DNA of 64,000 bases. Source: Paraspadella gotoi. Lineage: Eukaryota > Animalia > Chaetognatha. The DNA lies in NCBI GenBank assembly GCA_051294375.1, contig CM119269.1, forward strand, positions 13,867,166-13,931,165, given 5' to 3'. The position numbers were made by a program, and so were the translations under genes. Every line of letters begins with the position of its first letter. Position 1 is the first letter of the stretch. Under the pieces are notes generated by a model, which worked only from the letters and a program-made list of their open reading frames with translations, had not been told where the DNA came from and searched no databases. Shown in pieces: positions 26,302-38,252 of this stretch.

Positions 26302-28101
26302 TATTGTCAGGGTCGATATTTTACGAGTTTCTTCCTTCCTACTTCGGTCGACGCTCTCACCTCGGGGGGAATTCACTCACATCGTCTCACTCACCCGAAC
26401 TCGACTCACTTTCTCACTCCTTCAATTTTTTTTTCGTCGCTGTGAGGCCGAGGGGGCGAAAAAAAATCAATAAATTACAGACACCAGTTTTGATATAGAA
26501 GTCGTAAAAGCGAAGTCAATTTATGAATAGAAATAAGTATTTATCAACCTTGTGTAGTCTACTAGAAGTTCTGTCTATTTCCAGAAGACAACGCTAAGCT
26601 GACTCTCCTCTTCAAATATTCACAAATATGATAAGGGTAATTGATATTTAAAAGTGAATTATCAAAATATTATTACTTTAATGAAATTAAAGAAAACATG
26701 TAATTTTGCTACTTTAAAAGTAAAAAAAAATACTTAAAAATTTCACAAAAAGCTTATTCGATTATTTTTTTATTTTTTTTTTATTCAGAACTAGCTAAAG
26801 TTGTGCCAGCCTAAATATTTATAAATTGTGCTCAGAATAGTGAAATTTTACTGTTTTTATTTAAGTAACAACTGGAACATAAAGCATGCACTTTTAAAAA
26901 AACATTTTTTTGCAGAGATCGAGATTGAAATAGGGCAACAACAATACAGATCGTTTCTTTGATTTAGTCTCTTTTTGCAAATGAAATGAACCCTAAAGAC
27001 TAAAGAGTCCATTTCGGGGTCGGAATTATTTTAGAATAATAAATATTGAAATTGCTTCTAAAAATCGACGTCAACTTTACAATATTGAACATTGAAAGAA
27101 AACACTTGAATAAATATGTTAGGTTTAAGACATTTATAACAAAAATCCAATCAAATTATTAACTTATATTCAATTTATTTTATTTGCATTAAATAAATTC
27201 ACAGTTGGGCTTTGAACAGAACTAGTAATAAAAAAATATTAGTAACTTTTTTATTTAACTATTACTACCAATTATGTTGTGACATTAACTTTATGAAAAA
27301 ACTATTGTGAGCGCGAAAAGTTGAAAAAGTCACGTTTTTTTTAAGTTACCCCTCTTTCCAGCATTATATTTCAAATAGATTTATAAATATTGTTTTTACT
27401 AATTTTCGCGCTAAGATTTTTATAAATTTTGTGATTTAACAAAATAAGATAGAAAAAAATTTAAAAATATAATTCTGACATAATGAAGAAAAAATGTCAT
27501 TAATTAAGAGCCAGGCAATGTTGAATTAGTACACTGAATAAAAAAAGACTTGTTCCAGTTTGTTTGATGGTGAGTGGTAAGCAAGATTGTCACGTGGTAA
27601 GCAAGATTGTCATGTTATCAGTTGGAATCATCACAGAAAAATATTGCATGAATAAATAGCGACGCACGCTTTTCATCTCCTCGGCAAGGATTAAATGCGA
27701 AAGATGAAATGCCTAATTCGCAATATAAACATTTTTCAAATTTAAATAAATGTCGTCCATTTTATTCCGAAAAGTTAAAATGTTTGAACAATACGAGGAC
27801 AAGTTTGCGACATTATCTTTTCGTCTTATCATCTCTGGTGCGTGAATGATGCAACCAGTTGACTGGCAGGAGCCGCAGGACAACTCTCTTTGACTTTGAA
27901 GTTGCTGCGTGAAGAAACTCCATAAGACTCTTGGTTGTCGGTCGGTCGGTTTGTTAGTCCATCTATCTGTCCGTAATTTTAAATTATGGGATTACGTGAA
28001 AAGTGAATTAGACGCAACACTATGGAATTGCCGTTCTTAGTTTTTTAGTTCGCTCCGTAGAATCATTTTAGTAGTGAAAAAGCTGCAACAAGAAACTTTC
28101 G

Positions 28102-28157
28102 TTAAAGCAATTGCATTTGGACGCTTTCGCTGCGACCGCCGCCGACGCCGCCGCCGC

Positions 28158-28190
<33 letters not shown>

Positions 28191-28567
28191 CTCGATTCAC
28201 GACGAGATACGCCAGCCTGTCCTTATTCTTCCGAAGCCATTTGGGGCAAAAATTGTGGGCGTTGTTTTCGTCGTGGTCGTCGTCGTTTTCGTCGTCATCG
28301 TCATCGTCCTCCAAGCGTCGGGCAACGACGTTGAGCGGATAACCGTCGAAGTAACTTCCGGTGGATACGAGACTCGCGATGTAGGTGAGGTTGAGCTTCT
28401 CTGGAAAGTCGCCCCATCGAGGAAAGTCCCCGTTCATGGCCGAGGTAAGTTTGGTTCGAATGCCGACGGGGGAGAAGCACCAGCTGCAGTGCCAGCCGGC
28501 TGGGTGGGATTCGGTGCCTTTTTGGAGAGAGGGGAGAGAGAAAGGGGTTAAAGAGAGAGGAGAAGAG

Positions 28568-28637
<70 letters not shown>

Positions 28638-29868
28638 CTTTCAACATTCTCCATCCCCCACCTATCGTCCAATCGAAGTAAATCTTCTTTTGCCGCAAGA
28701 GAGCGTTACGTTTGACGACTTCGGCCGAGTTTCCTTTCCTCAACTCGGCGGCGTCGAATCTGTAGACGTACTTGAAGGTGGCCATCGAGGCGCCGACGGT
28801 CAGCGTCGTCCCTTCAGTCTTTTCCCAGAAGAATCCGTACATGTTCCACCTGAGGAAAGACAAAAATAGAAAAGACTGTTTGGCTCGGTGGGTTCCCATT
28901 TTTTCTGTCTCAACTATTTACCAGTAACGTAACAGGTAATTCTACCGTCAATCATTTTTCTACTTTATCAACCCTTCCCCGCCTACCCTGAACCAATATA
29001 GCGGTCCTTGCTCACCTGGCAATAGTCAAATCTTTTTGTCAACCTATTTGTAGCAATTTTTTTCTTGTTCAATCTTCTTTCAACCTACCCTGTTCTAAAG
29101 TATCGCAGCTTAAACGGCATCACTTTAACAATAGGTTTTATACCTATCCTACCCAGCTTTAACGGCATGTAACCAGATCATTTTTTCCCACCCACCCTAT
29201 ACCAATCGCGACTTAAACAGTATTGCTCGGTAAAACACTTTCCAATTTACCCAGTACTGGTATCACAGTTTGATGAGAATTTTTAGGTTAATCTCATTCC
29301 TGCCAACATTGTACCATTATCGCAACTTGAAACGCATGGGTCTGTTAATTTCATTCCCGCGCACCCTGTACCTGTATCGCAGCTTGAAATGAAGCTTTTC
29401 GTCAATGTTTTTCCCGTCGACCCAATACCAGTAACACGGTTTTACTGCCCGCACTCTACCGGAATCGCAGCTTAAAAGGTCTGTCTTTGACCAACTCGTT
29501 CCGGCCCACCCTGTACCACTATCACGGTTGTTCTGCTCACCCTGTACCGGTATCTCAGCTCGAAAGGCACTTTATAATCATACTGGTTTTCGACAACCCT
29601 GTACCGGTATCTCAGCTTGAACGGCTCCGGGAATCCGTCGTAATTCTTGAGAAACGCGATGGTCTCCTTCCTCGGGATCTCGTCGGCGTCGCTGACCAGG
29701 AAGAGATCGTCCGGACGCGTTCCCTTCAAAGCCTTCGCCGCCTCCACGCCCATGAAAGTCCTCATGTAGTCGACGGCGATCCACCCGTTGTCTCGTCCAC
29801 GGAAAGCGGTGGGGGGGAAGGGTGGTTGTTGGCAGTCTCTCTCTCTCTCTCTCTCTCCTCTCTCTCTT

Positions 29869-29923
<55 letters not shown>

Positions 29924-32440
29924 CGAGCAGTTAAAAACCGACCTTATTTGACCCTAATCTCCGTCTCATTCGCCCCGATCCCACTCCGCTCCCCATCCCC
30001 CAAAAACCTGCAGCACGTAGAGGATCTTTCCGACGAAGGGTTGGAGGAATCCTCCCCTCCTCCTCATCTCCGTGAGGAATCTCAGAGGCTTCGAGTCTCC
30101 GTAGTTGGAGAAGTTGGACTCGGCGAGGACGAAGACATCGACGACCTCGTTGAGCTCGCGGAGGCGAATCTCGGTCAGGTCGAACTCGTGGTTGACGTTC
30201 ACCGCGTAGATGATCCGACGAGGACGCAGCCGACGCCGCAGGAGAACGGGGCGCGGAGCAGCGGCGAAGTGGACGGCGGCGGGGACGCCGCAGTCGAGGC
30301 CGAAGAAGCCGGGGAGGCAGTTGCAGACGCGTGTAGGGATTAGGGGGTCTGAGAAAGTGGAGAGTGAAGATGAGTAAGAGAAAAATGGTAATATTACCAT
30401 CTAGGATAAAAGTATATCACATTTTTATTAGAGGACATCTACTCAAAAACTTGTTTGATTTGAAAAAAATTAGAATATTTCCCAATCTAATATACTAAAT
30501 ATTTTATTTTATTATTTTACTATATATTTTTACATGTTTTGTATATTTTTTATTGAATAAATAAAATTTTCAACAATTATGTGATATACTTTTTTCCTAA
30601 ATAGTAATGGAAATATAAATGGTGATGGAAATGGAAAGTGTAATCGAAATGGAAATTGTAATGGAAATGGTATTGGAAATGGAAATGGAAATGGAAAGAG
30701 AAAAGGGAAAAGTAAGGGAAAGTATAGGATTAAAAGTGAAGGAAAAGGAAAAGGGTAAAAAGGGTAAAAAGGGTTAAAAGGGTTGATTGACGAGAGGAAA
30801 AATATATTTTGTAGGTTTTATTTTTAAATTTTTGTTTAATTTTAACTTATGCATGAGACATTTCTTCAACTATTAAATTAAAATAAAGTTAAGTGTCGAA
30901 AAACTTTATAAACCAACCTGTAGAATTAAGCTCCGTTTGGTTCTCTGCCCTTACTCTCGCGGGATCAAGCTGTAATTCTTCGGTGGAGATTCGAGACTCC
31001 GTCCTGCTTTTTTCAGTCCCTGCCGCCGCTGCTCCTGCCGCCACAGCTCCTGTCGCTCCCACCGCTTCGTTCAATTCTTTTCCCGCCGCCCTCGCCGCTT
31101 CCGTCACCCCCGCCGCCGCCTCCTGCACCCCGATCACCCCCGTAACCCCCGCCGCCCGTCTTAGCCTCTCCACCACCGGCTCCGCCTTCACGACTCCGTC
31201 CACGAAACACGTGACGTTCTCCTCGAAGTCTTTAAAGTAGACGGCGTCGTCGTCGCGAAGGAAGAAGGCGCCGAAAGGGGCGTGGCCCGGCGTTGGCGGC
31301 GACGAAGACGGCGTGGCGGAGAAGGCGGCGTCATCGGCGGCGGAAAGGGCGGAAGCGACGCCGGTAGCGGAGAGGACGGGTTCCGGAGGCGGCGCGGAAT
31401 CGGAAGCGGCGTCGTTCGATTCCGGCGACGAGAGAATCGGCGAATCCGGTCGCTCCTCTTCCTCTCCTTCTGTTGATGGTGTATTGTGTCGTCTTCGTCG
31501 TCGTCGTCGTCGCTCTCGTGGTTAGCTGGAAAGTGGGGGGGCAATAGAAGGAAGGAAGGAAGGAAGGAAGGAAGGAAGGAAGGAAGGAAGGAAGGAAGGA
31601 GGAAGGAAGGGAAGGAAGAGAAGGAAGGAAGAAAAGGAGGAAAGAAGAAGAAAGAAAGAAAGGAAAAATGGAGAAGATCGAGACTTTTACCCCAGATCTT
31701 TTCGCTGACCAAAATATAACGGACCTAAATTGACCTTTTCTTTTACTTCTTCAATCACCTTTTCTCTGACCATTTTCCTCACTCTTCTAATCATTTACTG
31801 ACCATTTCTTTAACCTTACCCACTGACCCTTGTCCCTGACAAAATTGACCATTTTTCACCGACTTTTTTCACTGACCTGCCTCTCTGACCATTTCACTGA
31901 CCTCTCTACTGACTTTTCTCACTGACCATTCCTACTGACCATTCCATTAAAATTTCCCACTGACTTTTTCTTATGACTTTTCTCAATAACCGTTTCACTG
32001 ACCTTTCCACTGACCTTTGACCTCTCGGTATCCCATGTGCGACGACATGACGTAGATGAGCATCGCGATTTGGACGCCGATGAAGAAAAGAATCCCGAGG
32101 GTGGAGAGTCGTCTCGTGTGCCATGACTGTAATCGGAAACAATCATTAAATCAATCATTTATTTAATCAATCAATCAATCAATCATTTAATCATTTAATG
32201 AATCGTTCAATAAATCATTCACCTGATCATTAAATCAGTTATTAAATCAATCTTTCAATTAATTAAACAATCAATCAATCTTTCAATCTTCCAACATTCA
32301 ATTAATCATTTCGAGCAATCAATCATCTATCATTCAAACGTTAATTCAATCATTCGGTTCATTGCTTGATTAATCACTAATTTTATCTCTCGTGAGCGTT
32401 TCACCTTGGCTGCGGTCATGTTCCAAGGCTTTAGCCTCAT
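28102..32440 (-). CDS. MGAT3: Beta-1,4-mannosyl-glycoprotein 4-beta-N-acetylglucosaminyltransferase (GnT-III, GT17), 7 coding exons
   Basis: Exons (minus strand): 32440-32405 (MRLKPWNMTAAK); 32126-32015 (TM anchor LGILFFIGVQIAMLIYVM); ~31526-30918 (low-complexity stem, needs one frame shift or an alternative acceptor); 30348-30008 (CNCLPGFFGLDCGVP..PRRIIYAVNVNHEFDL..VDVFVLAESNFS); ~29812-29605 (GWIAVDYMR..PDDLFLVSDADEIP); 28849-28662 (RWNMYGFFW..WTIG); 28517-28102 (AGWHCSWCFSPVGIRTKLTSAMNGDFPRWGD..stop). These are typical GnT-III motifs. GT-AG boundaries are in phase except for the two noted local defects. Confidence 0.92.
28850..29630 (-). repeat. Degenerate ~57-bp tandem array filling an MGAT3 intron, derived from the exon/donor junction
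   Basis: CCCTGTACCGGTATCTCAGCT at ~29598 (the true junction) and ~29540, with increasingly diverged copies at ~29453, 29363, 29310, 29250, 29195 and 29088. Confidence 0.8.
31700..32021 (-). repeat. Short-period GGTCAG(T) repeat in an MGAT3 intron
   Basis: More than a dozen (A)CTGAC(C) motifs on the plus strand at ~12-30 nt spacing, starting at the AAAG|GTCAGT donor. Confidence 0.75.
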
Positions 32441-32943
32441 TCGTCTTCAGCGGAGTTCGTTCCAATTTCGACGCGAGGATTTTGATCTACAAGTATTAGT
32501 AATATTAAGTATAAATGTTTTATCGCGTAATTAATCAAGTTCCTTTAAAACGAAACGTTTACATACAAATAAAAAAGGATTTTTTTGTTATTACTGATGA
32601 CTACGATGTATTTCTTGAATTGATATCCGACATATCTGTGATACATAAAAGTCTACGAATAGTTAAGCTGAATGACTCTTCCTCTTAAGAACACATAAAT
32701 GTATAATATGGATTTACAAAATTTGCGGGGAAATACGTGACTTGAAAGCAAATTATAAAACTAGTTGAGGAAATAGTTCATTTTAACTAAAACCCGATTT
32801 AATAAGACAAAACAACGGTTTTGATATTGGATAGCGAACCTTTGCCCCCCCCCTTAAGAAAAACAAAACATTATATTCTCAGTGTAAATTTTGAAATATC
32901 TTTTTATTTCATGATGAAACTTATTTCACTGTAATATTTTTAC

Positions 32944-33023
32944 CTGCCGTCGGCAAAATGTACTTTGCGGCTTGCACTTCTTCTTAATTTGATCAATTTG
33001 CACTCAGTTGACTAGTATACCAC
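32944..33023 (-). other. Putative 5' UTR exon of MGAT3
   Basis: Bounded by a strong acceptor (ttttttcttttcag, ending 33024) and a donor (CAG|gtaaaa, 32943). The next acceptor (cttgtag) is at 32487, upstream of the ATG. Confidence 0.5.
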
Positions 33024-33126
33024 CTGAAAAGAAAAAAAATATTATTTACGTCGTTTCTGCGTTGTTTTTTTTTCACGCTGTCAAGTCATATATGGGCATT
33101 ATTACTATATTGGTCGAATTAAAACG

Positions 33127-35275
33127 ATGTATTCACCAATGTCCATAAAAAGAGATGGAATCTTTTGGATGGAAGAACGCATCACGACGAGTAATCACTA
33201 CAGCAGCCACTTCAGCTGCCTCAGGGAAGACCGCAGCGTCAGCGGGGGACGCGGCGACGGCCGCGGGACAGAAGATGCTACTCGCGTGCGATGAAGACTT
33301 GCACGTGAGGGTAGTGAGAAAACAAAAGGTGCAGCAGATGAAAAGAAAAAGACGTTAGATGGCGCTTTTTGATATTTTCTAATTTTCAACAAAAAAAATT
33401 CCAATCGATTCATTCGGAAAAAAATAGAAAAAAAAATCTAAGTAAAGAATAATAACATACAATGAATATTTTTGTTTTTGTTTGTTTTTTTTTGTTTTTA
33501 TAATTCGAGATTGTTTTGTAAGAAAAACTTTCAACGTTTAATTATGATAAACATGTTATAAATTTGTTCTAACAAATTTTGAAAATTTCACATTCCACCC
33601 TTAAAATATTAAATAAATAAATGAAAATAAATGAATTCTTTAAGACCATTTTATCGCCTTTTTAACTATAGCTTGCAGTTTTAAACTGACATTTAAAATT
33701 TATATCTCTTCAAGTTGAAGTTCAACGCAAAAGGAATAATTCTTCTATGCTCCTTTGTTAAATAAGAGCGTTTTTTCAGAATTTGTGTGACACCTATCGA
33801 CACGATTCTGGAACCTACTGAATGAGTCTTCTGTTTTTAAATGATTATGTCTCAAAATGCGTTAATGATTCATTGTCGAATATTCTTAATTTTTTGATGA
33901 AATCTTCAGTTAAAAAAAAGTTTTAAGAAATTTAAATCACTTTATAGATATCGCTCGTAAAATTTTAAATTTGACATAAATTAATAAGTCTGAGAATAAA
34001 ATGACTAAAATGGTTGAGAAACCGGATTTTGATATCTCCGTCAACACCGCGGTTAAAGTCTATCAAGTAAATCCGGATACATAATTAACCTGCATATAAA
34101 ATAATGAAGACCTGTTATAAATATAGCTCTTTGACAGGGATTTGGAAAGCTACCACAGTTGAACAGCGTGAAGGCCTCGCAATACGACATCAGACCATCC
34201 GTCAGATGCAACTGGGGTTCGTCAGAGTGATTATCGTAGATCTTTTAAGATGTTTAATAATCGATAGATATCTACTGATTGCGTATTTGATCGATTGATT
34301 GATTAGATGAGTGATTGATCCATGTCTTTATTATCCTAAAATTCAATAGGCTTACTAGCAATGAAAAAGCGTCAATGGGCCTGCGAAGAAAGATACAAAA
34401 CGATTAACATTGGCAACTTGTCCACTTACAGGCAAATAATACAAATGAAAAAAAAATCACTTACTGAAATAATACAAACTTAATAATAATTTACTCGATG
34501 TTGAATAAACTTATTAAGCTCTCCGACCCCTGCCGGTCAAATTCACGGTTCTCCCCCCCTTTTTCGCAGGGAGTCCTACTGCCCCGCGACGTCCCTCTCC
34601 CCCGCCCCGTGCTTTCCCTTCGAGCCTTACGTCATGGAATGTCCCATCATCGACGAGAGTCGATACGAGAAGAAGCCGCCGAGACCGCCTTGCGCGCCCA
34701 AAGGTAGAGAGATGGGATGTGGGGACAGAGATTGACCCTATGGGCTTGTTAGAGTGGTCACTGGTCAAGGTTAGGGTCTCGAGGTTAGGGTGTTAAGGTT
34801 GCCGACGTTTAGAGAAGTCAGGTCGTTAAGATTTACGCTTTGAGAGATTTAAGGGTGTCAAGATTTAGGCTTTTCACGTGGTCAGCGAGTTAAAGTTGAC
34901 GAAGTGTGCGAGTTTAGAGTTTTACAGTTGACTATGCGAGCATGGTCAGAGTTCAGTGTGTTAAGGTTAACGCAAGGTTGAGCTATGTTCAGTGGGTTAA
35001 AGATCGAGACTAGGAGTTAGGCCAGGGGGAATAGTAATTGATTAAGTGGTTTCGAATCGTTTTAACGACTCCACGAAACCCATCCCCCCCACGACAACCC
35101 CCCTTAAATACAGAGTTGATCCCCGAGCGTCGCCCCGACACCCAACTCGACATCCTCCTGCTCTCGAAGGACATCACGGATCCATGCGATCCGCCCGGCG
35201 CCTTCAGGATCGGCAGGACGATCGACAGCGTCAGGACGTATCAGGACCGGCAGAGCGCGCCGCAGCCGAATCTCG

Positions 35276-35280
<5 letters not shown>
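33127..35280 (+). CDS. Uncharacterised ~180-aa Pro/Cys-containing protein, 4 exons
   Basis: GC-rich blocks with phase-compatible GT-AG junctions: 33127-33285 (or 33155-33304), 34138-34226 (GFGKLPQLNSVKASQYDIRPSVRCNWGSS), 34570-34703 (ESYCPATSLSPAPCFPFEPYVMECPIIDESRYEKKPPRPPCAPK), 35114-35280 (ELIPERRPDTQLDILLLSKDITDPCDPPGAFRIGR..stop). No family recognised; the first-exon frame is ambiguous. Confidence 0.7.
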
Positions 35281-35306
<26 letters not shown>

Positions 35307-35769
35307 AGTTGGGGGAGAATGTGGGGAGAAAGCAGACTGTGGAGGAGAGACGAGGCAGTGGCGTTGCTAAAGACTGTGGAATATCGGCGGTGGTTTGTGG
35401 ACTGTTGATATATTTTCGTGAAATTTTTGGAAAAGGAACGATTGCGTCAAACTGGAAATGCTTCGTCAATAATCGGAGAATCACTCGGGTTTTTTTTTTC
35501 AAAATCTGGATTTACAACGAAGAAGGATTTAGATTCTAAATTTAGAATTCGATTTTTAAAACGATCCAAATCGAATGTATTTTTTTTTGTATGTGTAAAT
35601 AAATTAGTAGTAATATTAACAAAATTGTTTTAGATCATTAAGCATCTTCATTTTTTAGATTATTTATCTTTGTCGTCTTTGTGGTAATCGTTATGGTTCT
35701 TTGACTAATCTGTTGTTCTCGTTCGTTTGACCAAAAAGAAAGGCCTACTTTCTACTCTCCAAAGAAATT

Positions 35770-35889
<120 letters not shown>

Positions 35890-36838
35890 TCTCTGCCAAG
35901 AATCACGGTCAAATGCGCAAAATCATTTGGGCTGAGAACTTTTGACTGATGAAAGTGTCTCCTTTTTTCCCCTTATCTTATCATCGGATATATTTGCCAT
36001 AGACTTGTTCGTTAGTTTTGTTAGTTCAGTTGGTTAAACTTTTTTTGTTCATTCTCATCGAGTTCCTCACCAGTCTTTCTCTGTTCAGCTTCATCCCTTT
36101 TTTTCCTCCTTTCTTTTTTCCTTCCTCTCATATTCTCTTTCTTCCACTTCCTCCTTCTCTCTCTCTTAATTTTCCTCTCTACTACCTCCTCTTCCTCCCT
36201 CCCCTCTCTCTGTTTTTTTTAATCATCTCCTCGATCCTTTTCCTACTTTTCCTCGTTCCTCCTCCCCTTCTTCCTCTCCCCTTCTCCTCCTCCTCCTCCT
36301 CCTCCTCCTCTTCCTCCTCTCTACTGGCGCCGCTTTTGACGTTCGTCGATTTTCTCTTTATTGTTTTTCTTATGAGAAAAGATGATCTTTGGGATCGAGC
36401 GGCGTCGCGCTTCGAAACCGGCGTCGCGCTTCGAAACCGGCGTCGTTGTCTCCATCCGGCGCCGCGTTCTTCGTTTGGCGCCGAGATTCAGAGACGGCGC
36501 CATTCTCACGATCTCCCTTTTTTTTACATTTNNNNNNNNNNNNNNNNNNNNNNNNNNNNNNNNNNNNNNNNNNNNNNNNNNNNNNNNNNNNNNNNNNNNN
36601 NNNNNNNNNNNNNNNNNNNNNNNNNNNNNNNNNNNNNNNNNNNNNNNNNNNNNNNNNNNNNNNNNNNNNNNNNNNNNNNNNNNNNNNNNNNNNNNNNNNN
36701 NNNNNNNNNNNNNNNNNNNNNNNNNNCCCCAAGTGGGCGTGTCTTTCCACGCCCAGGCGTCGCTGTCGCCCCTCGGGAATTCTGTCTCCAAACTCATCAA
36801 GAAGGAAAAGAGAGAAGAGGACGTCTCGTCTCGTCTCT

Positions 36839-36892
36839 ATCACGTGATCAACGACGTCTAATCACGTGATCAACGACGTCTAATCACGTGAT
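36839..36892. repeat. Three ATCACGTGAT palindromes at a 22-bp period
   Basis: Copies at 36839, 36861 and 36883. Confidence 0.85.
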
Positions 36893-38252
36893 CGACTCCG
36901 CTTTATTACTGGATCTCCTTTGCCTAAAATCACTCTTATTCACGTCATCACAACCTTTTGATAATGATATCTAAACCGCGTGAATTTCTTCGCTTGTTCA
37001 CGAAATCGTAACCGTTGAATCGTGTGATCTTCTTCCTTTGTTCACGCGATCCATCACGTTATCGCGTTATAGTTTTCGCTCAATCGCGTGACCTCTTCTC
37101 GGTGAAAATGTGAGCGTCGTTGCTTAATCTCGTAAATGTGATCGCGTAATCAANNNNNNNNNNNNNNNNNNNNNNNNNNNNNNNNNNNNNNNNNNNNNNN
37201 NNNNNNNNNNNNNNNNNNNNNNNNNNNNNNNNNNNNNNNNNNNNNNNNNNNNNNNNNNNNNNNNNNNNNNNNNNNNNNNNNNNNNNNNNNNNNNNNNNNN
37301 NNNNNNNNNNNNNNNNNNNNNNNNNNNNNNNNNNNNNNNNNNNNNNNNNNNNNNNNNNNNNNNNNNNNNNNNNNNNNNNNNNNNNNNAGAGTTATTACAG
37401 TTTATCCTGTATACTTGTTACCCACACGACTTAAAACCACAACCAAGACGAACCACATCGCTTCTTCCACAACCGACGCCATAATTNNNNNNNNNNNNNN
37501 NNNNNNNNNNNNNNNNNNNNNNNNNNNNNNNNNNNNNNNNNNNNNNNNNNNNNNNNNNNNNNNNNNNNNNNNNNNNNNNNNNNNNNNNNNNNNNNNNNNN
37601 NNNNNNNNNNNNNNNNNNNNNNNNNNNGCTTTTTTCTTCTTCTTTCTTCTTTCCTCTTCTCTTTCCTTTCCTCCATTTTCCTCTTCTCTTTCCTTTCTTC
37701 CGTTTTCCTCTTCCTCATTTTCTTTCCTCCGCTTTTTTTTTCATTTTCTAGTTTTAGAATAATTTTTTTAGAGGTTTACCAATTTGTATTTTTTATAAAG
37801 TCCTCTTCTAATTATTCCTACTATACAAATTATTAACCATTGGTGTTTGAGCAGCTAGCTATTAAGCTAGCTGCTCAATTTGCTTTCACGCACTTACTTT
37901 TCTACATTTCTGCTAAAAAAAAAAAAAATCAGTATTTAAAATTAAAATCGACATCGAAATCTTACTCATTTGGAAAACACTTCAAGATTACAGCCTTTGC
38001 TTTTACAAGTACGCCAATAAAAACAAACAGTGCAGTTACAAAACAAAAGTCCAAGAACAATGGTTATGTGCAGTCTGTTCAGCTGCAGTTGATTGTTCGG
38101 GCATTACCAATGGCAACCGAACGGGCGACGGGCGAGTGGACCGGACGATGGGTCGGGGGACGACCGCTGTACAAATCGCCATCCTGTAACCAGGAGTGAT
38201 TTGGCATTGTCATCACGAGAACCGATTNNNNNNNNNNNNNNNNNNNNNNNNN

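Noticed and set aside
29088-29630. CRISPR-like repeat-spacer appearance of the intronic array
   Set aside because: Eukaryotic intron, degenerate units with irregular spacing, and no cas genes.
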